Positions 1-12,385 of a stretch of 64,000 nt of DNA are shown here, one piece after another. The position numbers were made by a program, and so were the translations under genes. Numbering within the stretch: position 1 is the stretch's first letter; every line of letters starts with the position of its first letter. Origin of the DNA: Ramazzottius varieornatus. Lineage: Eukaryota > Animalia > Tardigrada. Under the pieces are notes generated by a model, which was not told where the DNA came from, searched no databases, and saw nothing but the letters and a program-made list of their open reading frames with translations. The stretch is taken from assembly GCA_001949185.1 (NCBI GenBank), contig BDGG01000002.1, positions 3,345,826-3,409,825 on the forward strand, written 5' to 3'.

Positions 1-463
1 TGACCAAAGCGTCCGGCTGGATAACCATACCCGCTACCACATTAATATTATTGGGTTCGGGGATCGCTCTGAGTTTCAGCATACTAGGCTGCTGGGCGAC
101 CACTGGCTGCTTGGCGGCAACCTTTGGTTGTTGCGGCTGCTGCATCAGGTTCTGGGGCCGGAAGGAACGTGTGTTGGTCTGAGCTGCTGAGCCATTCGTC
201 GGAAGAGCTTTGGGCAAAGTCTGCAGATTGGCGATGGGCGTTACTGCATGGAAAGGTATCTGGCTCGTCGTGGAACTCCGCGTTGAAGGCGACGGAGAAG
301 ATGAAGGATAGAAGGAACTAAAAAGCTTGATTCCCGAAAGCGGTAACTTTGTTGTAACATTGCCCTGGGCTGAACTTCCCGACAATAAATTCAGAACGAC
401 AAAAATATAAATAAACTGGACGGACAAGACCCACGGCGAATATTTCTTCCGGATTTTCGGCAT
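1..463 (-). CDS. 5' part of a secreted or membrane protein with signal peptide and S/T/P/Q-rich region; runs off the window edge
   Basis: ATG at 463 opens 154 uninterrupted codons to position 2: MPKIRKKYSPWVLSVQFIYIFVVLNLLSGSSA-QGNVTTK...SSSPSPSTRSSTTSQ...MQQPQQPK...IQPDALV. Basic n-region, hydrophobic h-region and SSA-Q cleavage site. Missing from the ORF track because no stop lies in the window. Confidence 0.7.
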   Translation of the reverse strand, partial: MPKIRKKYSPWVLSVQFIYIFVVLNLLSGSSAQGNVTTKLPLSGIKLFSSFYPSSSPSPSTRSSTTSQIPFHAVTPIANLQTLPKALPTNGSAAQTNTRSFRPQNLMQQPQQPKVAAKQPVVAQQPSMLKLRAIPEPNNINVVAGMVIQPDALV

Positions 464-2594
464 AGTGGGAACGTCAGAAAAACAAGAAGATTATCGTGTG
501 CGATGGGAAATTGCGAGACTGAGGCGCCGAATTTCACTCAGTAATGCGAGGGCAGTAACGATCACAGGTTATGGTAGATTTGCTGGGAGACAGTAGCGAT
601 ATGAATGTCAAGGAATGAACCGACCATGATCCTGACCACGATTAATAATTGGCTAATCTGGTCGCAACAGGGTGCAGACAGAGGGACCAGGTCTGTATGT
701 GATCTCACAGCTTGGCGGATTACGTCTTGAGGATTGAACTTGGAACTGTGGTACATGTATTTATAAACATCAAAGGTAGCCAGGGGGTACCAGTCAAAGA
801 TTCAAAAGGTGGATGGACTGATTACACAATCGTACACAGCGTCGCTCTGTATACCGGTCCACTTTACATCAGTCATGGGCAACTGCCAATAATCAACAAT
901 AACTCGGCACATCTTCACAAACCGGTCACTTCACGAACCCAACAGTGTGGGCCTAACAGTGGTCCTCAGCGTGACCCTTCGTCACTTCCTACACTTCATT
1001 ACAAAAGCACAGTTTCCTGTCAGAGGTTCACCTCCTAGACATCGATCACAAAGTCAGAAAAGATCTTTCCATTTCAAACTCGCGCATGTGAGCATGTTTG
1101 CAGATGACACCGTGCGCGACTTTAGCGTAGAACCCTCTATTTAGTGACACAGTGCGCGAACTAATCTAGTGTCTTCCTACCGACGACGCAGCCGCAGCGC
1201 GCAACTTTGACAGCTACAAACGAACTGACCAGAAAACACAAAATAAGCGGCGCCTAATTATTTCAAAAACTGTGCGTCAGCTGATCGGGGCGGCGAGCCG
1301 GAGGTACTGCATTTTGGCGCACTTTTGGTGACCGGTAACTGTCAAGCGCTTGATCGACAATTCAGTGTCAGACATAAACTTTGTACTACGATCAAAGCGA
1401 TCAACGTAGCGAGAGTGTGTCCTGTTGAAACGGGAACGCTACAGATGAAACTTGATACACTTGAGGAAGAGTGATGCAAAGTGAAGGCCGCTTGGTATGG
1501 CACCAAGCGTTCGTTGCAGAGCGCAACTTCAACGCGGATCCACCAAAGGTAAAGAATGATAGTTACCGGTCAGATAACTTGCATTCAGGGAAATGAGTCA
1601 AATAGCAGTGTCGATCAACGATCATCTTTTACTAACGTAAGTGAACCCAGTTAGACCGTTGTTTACCCATGATGTCATCGCTGAAACCAGCTTCCGCTCT
1701 AAATGTCTAGGATCCAGAACCTTCTGATCTGAAAACGTTCTATACTCATACCGTGTATATCGTTCTGAAAACATGAGCACGAATTTTCTTTTGGAATTTC
1801 GATCATTCCTTCAAGAAACTTGACGTTTCGGGAAAACTCAGCGTGTGGCCTTAAAATGTCGTCTGGCCACTTGGTCATTTTGGATTTTCACACGCGGCGG
1901 TACAGTTTTAGAGTGTCATTGACAAGCGCCAATCGAGAAGCCAGAGGAGGCCTCTCATAACATTTCAATAGCCGTCCGATTATCAAATTAATGCAAAGTG
2001 TTAATTTTTTAGCACTCAAGACATAAACCACAGACGACTTTGGGGTCGCGACCCTGAACATACTCATCGTGAATCCCACAAGAGTATACCGCAAGTCGAT
2101 GCTTCAAAGCCGCCGTCTAAAGCTGCGATAACACTGCCGTATAGTAGTACATCGCCGCGGCCGTGACGTCAACGCGACCACATGACAATACATTCCTCTA
2201 TCTCCACCCTTGGCCACCTTTAATAAGTTACATCCCGACATTCTCATTCTTAGTTTGTGCCTCGTTTTGCACTTACATACATTTTCTCCGTACGCCGTTC
2301 AAAATCCGCGCTTCGGTCTCGTTTTGTTATGAAACGATTCGATCCCGAAGATCCCCGCCTGTAACTACAAAGAAACCGTAGAAAAAAAAACAGGATTCGC
2401 AGCTGCATCAGTAGCCTGTTTATGTTTCTTGGAGCAGGTGGATAATCGATAAACAAGGATATTAAGTTGGTAACGGAACTACGGAAGCCGAAAGATCGGG
2501 TGTCGTTCGGACTTCTTTATTGTTGGAAACGCAAAAATAAAAAAAAACCAACATCGATTCAACAATCACTAGGATAAAACATAAAACAAGAAAT

Positions 2595-5500
2595 CTAGGG
2601 TTTCCTCGAAGGTTGAAGAGACAGTTTTTGCGGAGCAGGCCGCTGTACCGGCTGCTGCTGCTGCGGCACATAAGGTACCAGTCCCGGTGGTTTCCCGGAC
2701 TGCCCAGGTACACTTTGGGTATATGTGTCAATCACATAAGAAGGCAAGCCAGGCGGCCTCGGACTTGGGTTCGTGTGCGATATGATAGAACCTCTGCCCG
2801 AAGGTCCCGGTTTCATACTATTCCTTATATTGTTTATCGAGTTGATATCGTATGTGTGGGGCGGAACGGCAGGTGTCGTCCACAGACTGTGTCGATACTG
2901 CGCTTGCTGAACCTGAAACATCAAAACAGAAACATGTGTAAAAGAAAAGTTTGATGCGTCCTGCGAAATTTTAACAAAACAAAATGGCAGGTCGACAAAC
3001 AAACTCGACAATATCGTTTCTCTCAGTGGCGCACGTAATAGGCCGCTCACAATGAAGGCCTGCGCTACTTCGATAAACAAACTGGAGAAGATCGTTTATC
3101 AAGTGGCGCACATTCTCAGTCAATAAAACCGAGAATGTGCGCCACTGAAAAACAATTCCGAGTATATTTGTCCAGCGGCTCCAGCTCTCAGTTATCAAAA
3201 CAATTTCTTCTCTACTAGCATTCGAAACGATATTTCGCCTACCTGTTGAAGGTTGGCCTGTGCCAAGACTTGGTGTCCCTGCCGGAGGATCTGGTCGAAG
3301 ATATCGGGCTTGGGTGGTGAACGTACAGCAGGTTGGACATGTTGCCCGAACATCAGCGGCTCAGGTTTGACGGGTGACAGTCTGGCCAAGGATGTGCCAG
3401 GAAAGATGCTACCCAGCGACGGCAGCGGTTCCATCGAGGGCACGTTTGAGGGAGTCGTAGACGGAGAGGGGAAAGGCGACACGCTCGTTTCAAGGTCTTT
3501 CGAAGAGCTAACGGTCGTGCTTTCGGAAGACAGGGTCGGTGTGGAGTCTTGCGTTTCCTGCGAAGATGAAGTGCTGTCCGATATCGAAAGATCCTAAAAA
3601 CCAATAAAGAGATGAAAACGAAACAAACATACGAGAGAATGAATAATCTTGGATTTTAAACACCCCAGACGGAGGTGAACTTGACAGTTTTGACACTGAT
3701 TACTTGCTTACTACAAGGGAACTATCCTATTTCAACTGAAGGAGGTTCTCTCCGTCTACTTCAAGTTTGTCCTCACAAACCTTTCGAGCAAGAGGAGACA
3801 AAACTTCGGAGGCAGTCTTAGCTTTCTTCGACGGTGTGGTCTTGCTTGGAGTGGCCGTCTTGCTGGGTGCTTTCCGTTTCTTGTTGGCTGGCTCAGGTGT
3901 CGCCACCTCCACCTTCCTAACACGTTCCTTCTGTAGGGAAACCTGAAGAAACTTCACAATCTCTTCCTACAAAAAAATACTATACAGTCCATACACTGAA
4001 ACCGTCCGAGCGTAAATGGGAGTGGGACGTACCAGGAAGTTTCGGTCGACCATGCTCTGGGTGACTTTCAGTGACATCTTAGCCGACGACTTCATTCGCA
4101 GATAGTCGTCACAACCGGCTGCCCAAATGACTTCCGTATCACAGTTTAGCTTCTCCCAAAACTCTTGGAACTCTGCATGTGGACAGTTGCCGGCTTCCAT
4201 ACCCACGATGAACTGTACTGCTGCGTCCAACTTTAACAACGGGTCGCCGTAATCCTGTGAGAGCAGAAAACTCGTAGGAAAGTGCAAGAAAAGGCTCCAC
4301 ATTAGTCGCCCATTGGCTTTGCCACTGGTCCATGACCAACTCGATACAAATTCTGACAAGCAATGGATAATCCGTTCGGCCCTGAGTTCACCATCCATAA
4401 TTATAAATCAACCTTTTCTTACAAACTTACTCCGTGAAATCCTTTTGGAGTTTTCAGTGGAAAGCCCAAGCAAATGATGGCGTCACATGGCTCCAACAAA
4501 GAAGCCTGACATGCCACCATCGCACCGATGCCCAAGCCCAGCATTATTGAAGGTCTGTCCGGGTGAACCTTTCTCAACTGTGGAAAGAAACGATCCCTAC
4601 ATACAGATTAAGCTGAGGAGAAGAATGTTGTTCTTACCTCGATGAGCGTGTCCCGGGTGTTGATGAGCATGTTGGTGTAGAGCTCGGAAGGCGTGAGGGT
4701 GTCGGTCGGCGGACACTCTACTTGAACTACGCTGCCCAGTCTGGTGAGGAACTTGATGATGGACGAGATTCGTGAGCGAGCGAGGTTGTCTTGGTTCTTG
4801 GCGTAAGGATGAGGCGCGATGACTAGAATTGGGCTCTTTGGTAATCTCATCGTCTATAAAAGTACCAACGATAAGTTCAAACCGTACGTTCTCTTCAACC
4901 CAGTGTAATGAATATGAAGATACCGAAAATAGAATTTGGATGAGAAACAAAATCTTCTTGACGCGCTCGACCTCCCTCACCTTCTCAAAACGGTAGACAC
5001 TCTTGCCGACCGGATCCCAAGGGTCGTTGAGCAGGTTCATCAGCGGAGTGGTGTTTCCGTCTAGAATGTCTGGCAACATGTACGTCAGAAGGCTGTTGAT
5101 CAGTTCGGGGATCTGGAACGCGAGGCTCATACAACATTTTTCGCTTTCCTTCAACATATTATTCCACTTTCCTGGCGTGGTTTCGACTTCGTGAACTGTA
5201 TCGATACCTTCGGTTTGAGTGTCTGCAGGATTTCAAAGTAGACCGACATCATCTGCGAGTTCAAGCCTCCCAAGAGGACAGCATGCAGCCAGTAGACCAG
5301 CCGCCCGCTCCACTCCACCGACGCCATCAAGCGCCGAAATTTGGCGGCTGCTCGGTCCAGGCTCAATCGTCGGATAATCGGTACGTCAGGGTTCTACAGT
5401 GAAACATATGGTAAAAGCTGAACCCAGTTTCCAAATCTAAGAAGCTCTCACGTCGTTACAAGATAAGAGAAGAACGTACCCCACAGGAAGCCAGGCGGAC

Positions 5501-7042
5501 ATGGCGTTCTTGTTGAATGATCTTGATACACTGGTCGAAGAAAGTCTTCTGACGATGCGTCCAACTTCCTCTCCTACAAACAGAGCCATCTGAAACATGG
5601 CTCGGGTTTTGTAATGTCTCAACTTGCTAGTGATGAGAACGAACACAACTTCGGAATTGCTAGTCGGGTAAAAATGTTAAGTACGGGTCACACTTCACAC
5701 CTTGCATACTGTTTAATCAACGAGTCCTCCTCAATTCGCCCATCCTTATTTGTGGCCGAGTTATTCCCTATTTCTACTGCGCCTTTCAGCCCTAACATGT
5801 AGTTCTCCATTTCGTTCATGGCGTCGTACGCTCGTTTTCGGTCGTAAGGATATGGGCTAGGCGAGCGCGGGCTCTCTTCATCCGTCACCACATCGATGAA
5901 AACGTTCTCTTCGTCAGTCTCCGTTGACCAATCCCTGAAACAATCCACAAGAAATTTCCGAGGAGAATTTGCAGATGTACGGAGAATACCTTACCCGTTG
6001 ACCAGGATCCCAGACTGGAAATCCGCGCAGAACAGCGTCTTCTTCGTCTTTATCACGTCGATATTCGGTTTTCCATCCACACTCAACGCCGAAGTGGAGT
6101 ATCGACCTTCCAACGATCGTCTGCCCGTCAGCATCTTACCGTTGTAGCTGTGATCTTCGGCGAACATCTTTAGCAGAGCGTGTTGTCGATCCATCAGGTT
6201 GCGTTGTTGTGGATGAGCGCTTTGGTGGACGCGGGACTTGATGTATTTGGCCCATATGGACGAATGGAGAAGCGGGAAGGGCAGCGATGTGTCGGCCAGC
6301 GAAGACGACGCGCTTCGTCGTGAAGCTGAGAACGTGTCTGATCCCGTACCAGAAGGACTGCGGGACTTCTTCCCGTCGATCGGCGGGCTGAAAACAGGGT
6401 GGCCGGTCGATGTAGAAGGCTCACTGCGCGCCACTGGATCAAAAAAACGGAATGACCACTTCGAGCAATCAAAAGAAAACCGTACAAAAGGGTTCGCTTG
6501 ATTAGTCGACAATCTCTCATGAGCTGATTGGCCGGAAGTTGATTGAACGCTTACGTGATCTGTCGGTTGGTGGTGTCTTCCGTCCATCTGCCGAGTTACC
6601 AGCTGTAAAACAGATCGGTTCCAACCAGAAAAATTTCAGAAAAGTCTTGCATGCGTGAAGAGAGGGTTTACCGGTGCTGGAAATGGAATTGAGACGAAGA
6701 CGACTACCAGGACTTGCCTCAGCCTCAGCCTCCTGTGGCAGAGCGACTGGGTGCGACGATGGTTCTGACGTGAAATCTTCTAGCTCAATAGGATTTTCTT
6801 TCGACCCAGAAGGAGCAGCAAAATTTTTTTCAGGAGTTGGAGGCGGTAAAGCGCGAAGAGGGATCATNNNNNNNNNNNNNNNNNNNNNNNNNNNNNNNNN
6901 NNNNNNNNNNNNNNNNNTCGTTCTGGGCGACGTCGATTTCGTTGATAACTTCGTCCCCCGCTCCGACTTCGTCAACTTGGGCTGCCGTCTCCATATCCCG
7001 CGATAGTTCCTGTCCACCTTGTGCGCTCATTGAAACATCCAT
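2595..7042 (-). CDS. KANSL3: KAT8 regulatory NSL complex subunit 3 (multi-exon, alpha/beta-hydrolase-like fold)
   Basis: Spliced segments match KANSL3 hallmarks: EDHSY; DRAAAKFRRLMASVEWSGRLVYWLHAVL...EILQTLKPK; HPDRPSIMLGLGIGAMVACQASLLEPCDAIICLGFPLKTPKGFHG|DYGDPLLKL...VTQSMVDRNFL. A low-complexity S/P/Q tail ends at TAG (2595). The start (ATG 7042) is tentative and an N gap interrupts the first coding exon. Confidence 0.88.
6868..6917. other. Assembly gap (50 N)
   Basis: Run of N. Confidence 1.
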
Positions 7043-7190
7043 GCTGTCCGTACCGTGCCTGTTTGAGCGAAACACATACACATCGCAGAAGAAACGTGAC
7101 TATACAGTTGACTTAGTACGAGGAGCGAGGCCCAACTTCGCCCGTTTGCCGAACTGGCGCATACTTCGCTCACTGACGGTTTTCTCACTA

Positions 7191-10047
7191 CGAGGGAAAG
7201 GACATTAATCCGTCCAGCGAAAATTTCGGACATAAATCCGTCCAAACCGCGGTATGGGGTGGCAGCACAACGCAGGTTACACTGTCACGTGATTCGTCAC
7301 AGCCTGAGTCATACCACAACCGCAACCGAATAGCCTTCAGCCCAACTAATCTGCGGCTAAAGAGAAAATTTCGAAGACGTGTTTCTGTCGACTGTCGTCG
7401 ACGTGAACTAAAACTCCCCACTCCACAATCATCTCTCCTACGTATCATCTAAAACCTAAAACCTCATTTCTAAAGAAAGCTCGCACGTGAAGGAAAGGAA
7501 TGACTTCCGTAAGGCACAACAGTGTCGCGGAACCCGCAAGGGAAAAATGGAAGAGTTCAGACATTCTTCGACTTTTTGGCTTTGCATGCTGTCTTTGTTA
7601 CGGCGGTCTCCTCTGCAGATTTTCGTTTTCTCGACGGACCAACTTTTGCGATCTTGTCGGTGATTTTCTCTTCGGTGGCTTTCTTCTTCTCAGCCAATCT
7701 CCCAACATCGTCTACCTTCTTCTTAGCTGCCTTCGCAGCCTCCTCTTTTTCAAGCGCGCGAAAAGAACTCATCATCACCCACCATTTTACCTGCCTCGAG
7801 ATTAAGGTGCCTGTTTTTGACTCGTCGCTGCTTAACCGGTGCCTCCCTGTGCAAACGTTTCTGTAAAGCGTTCGCGGCCAGCATACCAGGCGTGATACCT
7901 TTCGCTATGAGCAAGATACTTTCCTCAGCCTTCTTCATGTCTTCGTCGGACTGATAGCCATAATATTCCGTCAGGACTTGGAACAGCTTGGCTTGGTCTT
8001 CCTTCTTCTTTTGCTCAACGAGTAATCCGCGACTGACTTCCGCTGGATCATGGTGAGCCTTGACCGTGGCGCGAATAATCTCGGGGCTGAAGGGGAACAA
8101 GCAACATTTCTTAAATCCCGACGTCAGGCACTCCCCTGCGTTGAACGTGAACCGCTCTTCACATCCCTCTTTCCGAAACGATAACTTTACGAGATGGGAG
8201 CACAGGTTATCTTTCGTCACCTGATCGAACAGACGAGACAAAAGTTGCACAAATGGTCAGTTTACCAGTACAGAATAGGTATTAGTTTAACAAAAAAAAT
8301 GGCGCACCGGCCCACCAGCCAAGACGTTTCGTGACGCTAAGTAGTCGTGCCATCTCTTCTTGATACCGCCAAAGACTTACACCTCGAAGGGCTCCAGATG
8401 ATTGGTTTGCCCAGTAGGCAGACAGATTACAGCAACTCTGTACCCAGACTCTTCAAAGAACTGCCGGAAGTATTTGACGAGGAGAAGACAATTCACATGG
8501 AAGAAATGCCCATCGACGAAGAGAACATTCTGGAAGTGAAAGAAACCTTCCATTAGAATAACTGACCAATCCCTGACGTCACAGGAATAAGTGAACGTTA
8601 AACCAATTCATCGTCATACAGTTTACATCTGGTGACGTCACACGCAGGCACAAAATTCTTACCAGTGGCTCAGTGATGGCGGGGAAAACCTCGGCCTTCA
8701 CATAGTTTGCAAAGAGTAACTGATCCATATATCCCGACGCATTGACAGCTTGATAGCACAGGTTATGGGTGTCATCTAGACGCGACTGGACGTGGAGTTT
8801 TCCGGAGAACAAGGCCATGAATCGAAGCTGCACGCCAGCTGCGTTACCACAAGGAAGGATTGTCACCAGCTCCTTCTCTGTGCCGTCGTACTGAGACGCG
8901 ATCTGTCTCACTCCTTTCCTTGCGATGACGCGATCGTACATTCTGATTGTATCAAACGCTGTTTCGTCAAGATTCCAAACCTGGCCTGGCCTTTCAAGGA
9001 ATCCTTGATCTTTCAAAGCTTGTAAATTCCTGATGTATTCTTCGTACTTGGCTTCCGTCCATTCACGGTCCTTCTTTCTGTTGGAAGCATGGGTAATGCG
9101 GAGCGAGAGATCCTTGTGTCTGGATATAAAGCGTCGGAAGTACTTGTCGCCAAAACTCGGGTTCTCCATCCTTACGACCACAGAAAGCCATATTAAGCAT
9201 GCTCACGGCGAACTCAGAATAAATAAACCCCAGTGCATAAATCCAGAATTTAGTTTTGGCTTACCAAGCTCAGCTGCCATCTCTGAGATCTCTTGTAGAG
9301 AATGGAATCGATTCAACGGAACTCCCGTATCCGCACAGCTGACTAACAAGTCAACCAGTTCTTTCTCTGCCCATTCTGGAAGTTTTGTCGGGGCACCTTT
9401 TGCCTTTGGCTCAGGATTTACCATTCGGTCGCGCATCGTTGATCGGGGAACGCCGAACTGCTTTGCGGCAGCATGTTGGCTTAGACCATCTTTCGTCGCC
9501 AGGATCGCTGCTTCTAGCATCAGCTCCTTGCTTACCTGAGCCGCCGTCTCAAGTCTGGCAACTGCCTTACTCGTCGAAGCCATCCTTTAGACACATGGAA
9601 GATCAAAGAAACGTTCTTTGTTAAAATTGGCCTTGCTGCATGGGCATCAAGACGCAGTTTTACTCGCCGGAAATACGTCACAGAGGTGAAAGGCACTCGC
9701 AAAACGCTTAAGGGAATACTTTATTAGATGAAAAAGCAGCTGTGACGTTGATTGCCGTGAAACCGACGATCAGGGTGAGTCACCCAAGAATACTACACAG
9801 ACGCCTCTGCAGGCCTGGGACTTTTTTCGTGCGTCGGCTCTTTAGCATGGCGTTTCGGCGTGTTTCATCCCGATCCTTTTTTCTCGTTTGTGCTCCGGGA
9901 AATGGCTCTCAGATCAGTTGCGTTGAAATAAGAAAGGTTTTCCCTATCTACTGAGGTACAGTGAGACAAATTTTGACGAGCGCAAAAACGATCTGGACGG
10001 ATTTATGTCCAAAATATTCACTGGACGGTTTAATGTCCTTTCCCTCG
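7191..10047 (-). mobile_element. pogo/Tigger-like (Tc1/mariner superfamily) DNA transposon, full length, 2,857 bp
   Basis: 54-bp TIRs (CGAGGGAAAGGACATTAA...CCGTCCA; 7191-7244 and 9994-10047, 50/54 identical) with TA on both sides (7189-7190, 10048-10049). Internal transposase gene. Confidence 0.95.
7557..9583 (-). pseudogene. Intron-containing pogo-family DDE_1 transposase, disrupted
   Basis: HTH_psq-like (LSQHAAAKQFGVPRSTMRDR), CENPB-like HTH, VWNLDETAF, VTILPCGNAAG, SGYMD, NVLFVDGH, then LEPFEV*VFGG with an in-frame TAA at 8377-8379. The first acceptor (~9171) appears damaged and there is a probable frameshift near 7770. Confidence 0.88.
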
Positions 10048-10259
10048 TAACCGTCCGCTATCAACACCACAAATCGATTCACAAGTATCTTTGAACACTT
10101 GGCTTCATGCCTCTTCTGTCAAAAATGGCAATGAATGGAAGCTCATAACGGGGGAAATTCCACAACGAAAGTCGTTCGGGAATTTCGTTCGATATTAGGG
10201 AGCACGCTTCCCGCAAAGGGCACAGTAAGCCGAGTCAACTAAGCCCCATCTGTACCTGA

Positions 10260-10955
10260 TAGAGCCCTGCAGCAGCACGCAACATCCGTTCTGCAACTGC
10301 TCTGCATCCAGTTCTTCCAAACTGCAACTGCACTGCATCCATGAACGTCTAGCTGCATTTTACTGCATTGATACTGCATAAATTATTATCGATAATTATT
10401 TATTCTTCTGCGAGATAGTTCCACCGAATGATCGTCAGATCACTCGGTTTCAGGAAGCATACTAGTTCGCTTACTGTTGAGAGCATCACCGGTATGGCTA
10501 AAAAGTCGTTCAGAAGGGGTGCTAGAAGCAGGCACAGCAAGTATGCGCTTAGGGTATAAGGACAAACAAGGAAGCTCCTTCTCGTTCTGCTGCCAAAACG
10601 CGAGCAAATCTTCGTTTTCGTTTGAGAACTTACACAGACTCGAAAAGTCGAAGATGCTTTTGGGTTTCGGAGCTCCAATATCGGAACTCGGCATCAGAGC
10701 TCTCTCATAGTGAGGTACCTCAATTTGCTGCACGTGCTCCATCACAGTTGCAACAACTTTCACAGAATTCAGAGCCCTGAATTCAGAGCCCTGCAGCAGT
10801 AGCGAAAACCCGTGCTGCATCTGCACTGCATCCGGTTTCCCGAAACTGCAACTGCACTGCGTCTACATTTTTTCATCGTTTCGACGACAGCAACTGCACT
10901 GCAATGCAGTAAAATGCAGTGCAGTGAAGAACGTACGGCATCTTGGAGGGCTCTA
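10260..10955 (-). mobile_element. Internally deleted hAT element retaining the C-terminal dimerization domain
   Basis: Termini TAGAGCCCT...AGGGCTCTA; flanks GTACCTGA/GTGCCTGA (7/8 TSD); ACTGCA subterminal repeats; ORF segment DLLAFWQQNEKELPCLS...ILAVPASSTPSERLFS (hATC domain). Confidence 0.88.
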
Positions 10956-11289
10956 GTGCCTGACCGAGCAGAATCACACGTTGCTGAAGGGTGTGCCCAA
11001 GGTTAACGATGACATAACACTACCGTTTTTATCCAAAATCGGAATGGCGGAAACTTTACCCAGTTCCGAGCGAAAACGCGTTGTTCATACAGTATTCGTT
11101 TGCACTATTCCTTGCTCGAAGGCTATCCTTCTTCTTGTTCTTGTACCGTCCAAGGTTTGCCTTGTCTGTATGATAGATCCGTGCTGTCCTTCAACAACAT
11201 CTACGACTTCCGAAGGCAACCTTTCTGTCCCTGCTCACTTGTGATCCACGGAGAAGTTTTGAAAACGGCAATATGTACAAGCTCGTCCC

Positions 11290-12385
11290 AACATGGAACC
11301 CAACATGCCATAAGTGCAGTCAAGGATGGAATGTCCATAAGGATTCCCGCCGAGATGTATCATATACCTCACAAAACCCTCGGAAACAAAGTGAACGGAG
11401 AACACGGAAAGAAGGTCGGACGTCCATATACCTTCACGCTTGAAAAAAAGTCGGAAATTTGCGAAATTCTCATCCGTTGTTCCAAGATTGGGGTTCCCCT
11501 CGGTAAACGTACTCTCATTAGGATCGTGAAGGAACTCGCCCTTGCCAAAGGTAAGGCTAGTCTCTTCTGGGCTCGTACGAAGGATAACCTTCGGGTAATT
11601 TGTGTCAGCCAGATATTAAACTTGAAATGCGCCAACAATCAACTTCCGAATGGTTACACACCAAGGATACCCTTGTCAATGGTATGTTTTTTTCCAGGCA
11701 TGGACAGGGCTACGTTTACCGACCGATGGCACCGAATTTCCTTGTGAGAAATCGGGAAGTTTCTTTGCGGATACTTAGTGCATTGAGCTTCAAGAAGTCA
11801 AGAGAATGGACGTTTAGGCGCTGCGAAGAATGGATTTCACTCGTGCAGAAGCGTAGCAGAGTAACGATGGATTTCTTGATGATGCTGAAGGAATTGGCAT
11901 TTGGATGAATCAGGATTTAGGTTAGCGGAGCTCTACGACAGAGTCTACGCGAATTCCTGACGTCTATGACGTGCGCCAAGGTATTCGTTGTCTGAAATGC
12001 TGGTCTCAACAAACTTCTTCCATTTTGTATGAGTGGCACCAAGGTTAACCATGTATGTTTTTGATCTCTGACAGAACGTTCTATTCTACGATGGACATTC
12101 TTCTCATCTGAACTGTGTCGCGTTTCTACTCGCTTGCCTGGAGCCCGAGAAGGACATCCGAGTGGTTGTTCTTCCTTCGGGACAGACAGCTTTCTTACAG
12201 CCGCTGGACAAAGGTATTCGGCGGAGTTAAGCAGAAATGGCACAAATACCTTCGGGAATCCAGGTTGGACACGTCGATTGATGTAAGTAAAGAGGGTCAT
12301 GTTGCCCAAAACCGAGTTGAATGGAGATTCATGCCATTATATCTCAAACTTTCAGGTTTCGCGCCGCAACTTTCCCGCGCACGTC
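11290..12385 (+). pseudogene. Second, decayed pogo-family transposase remnant
   Basis: AVKDGMSIRIPAEMYHIPHKTL (HTH), GVPL, WHLDESGF (~11895-11918), NVLFYDGHSSH...QPLD, VFGGVKQKW. Several frameshifts and an internal deletion. TIRs not found. Confidence 0.85.

Noticed and set aside
2164-2171. TGACGTCA CRE-like sites here and at ~60667-60685
   Set aside because: Short palindromes that also occur inside repeats; no independent evidence of function.
3253-6501. Plus-strand ORFs opposite KANSL3, and similar antisense ORFs opposite CTPS, PRPF3, NSMCE2 and the peroxidase
   Set aside because: Shadow frames of real exons with no recognisable motifs.
6830-7081. Apparent frameshift in the first KANSL3 coding exon
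   Set aside because: The frame change spans a placeholder 50-N gap, so it is uninformative.
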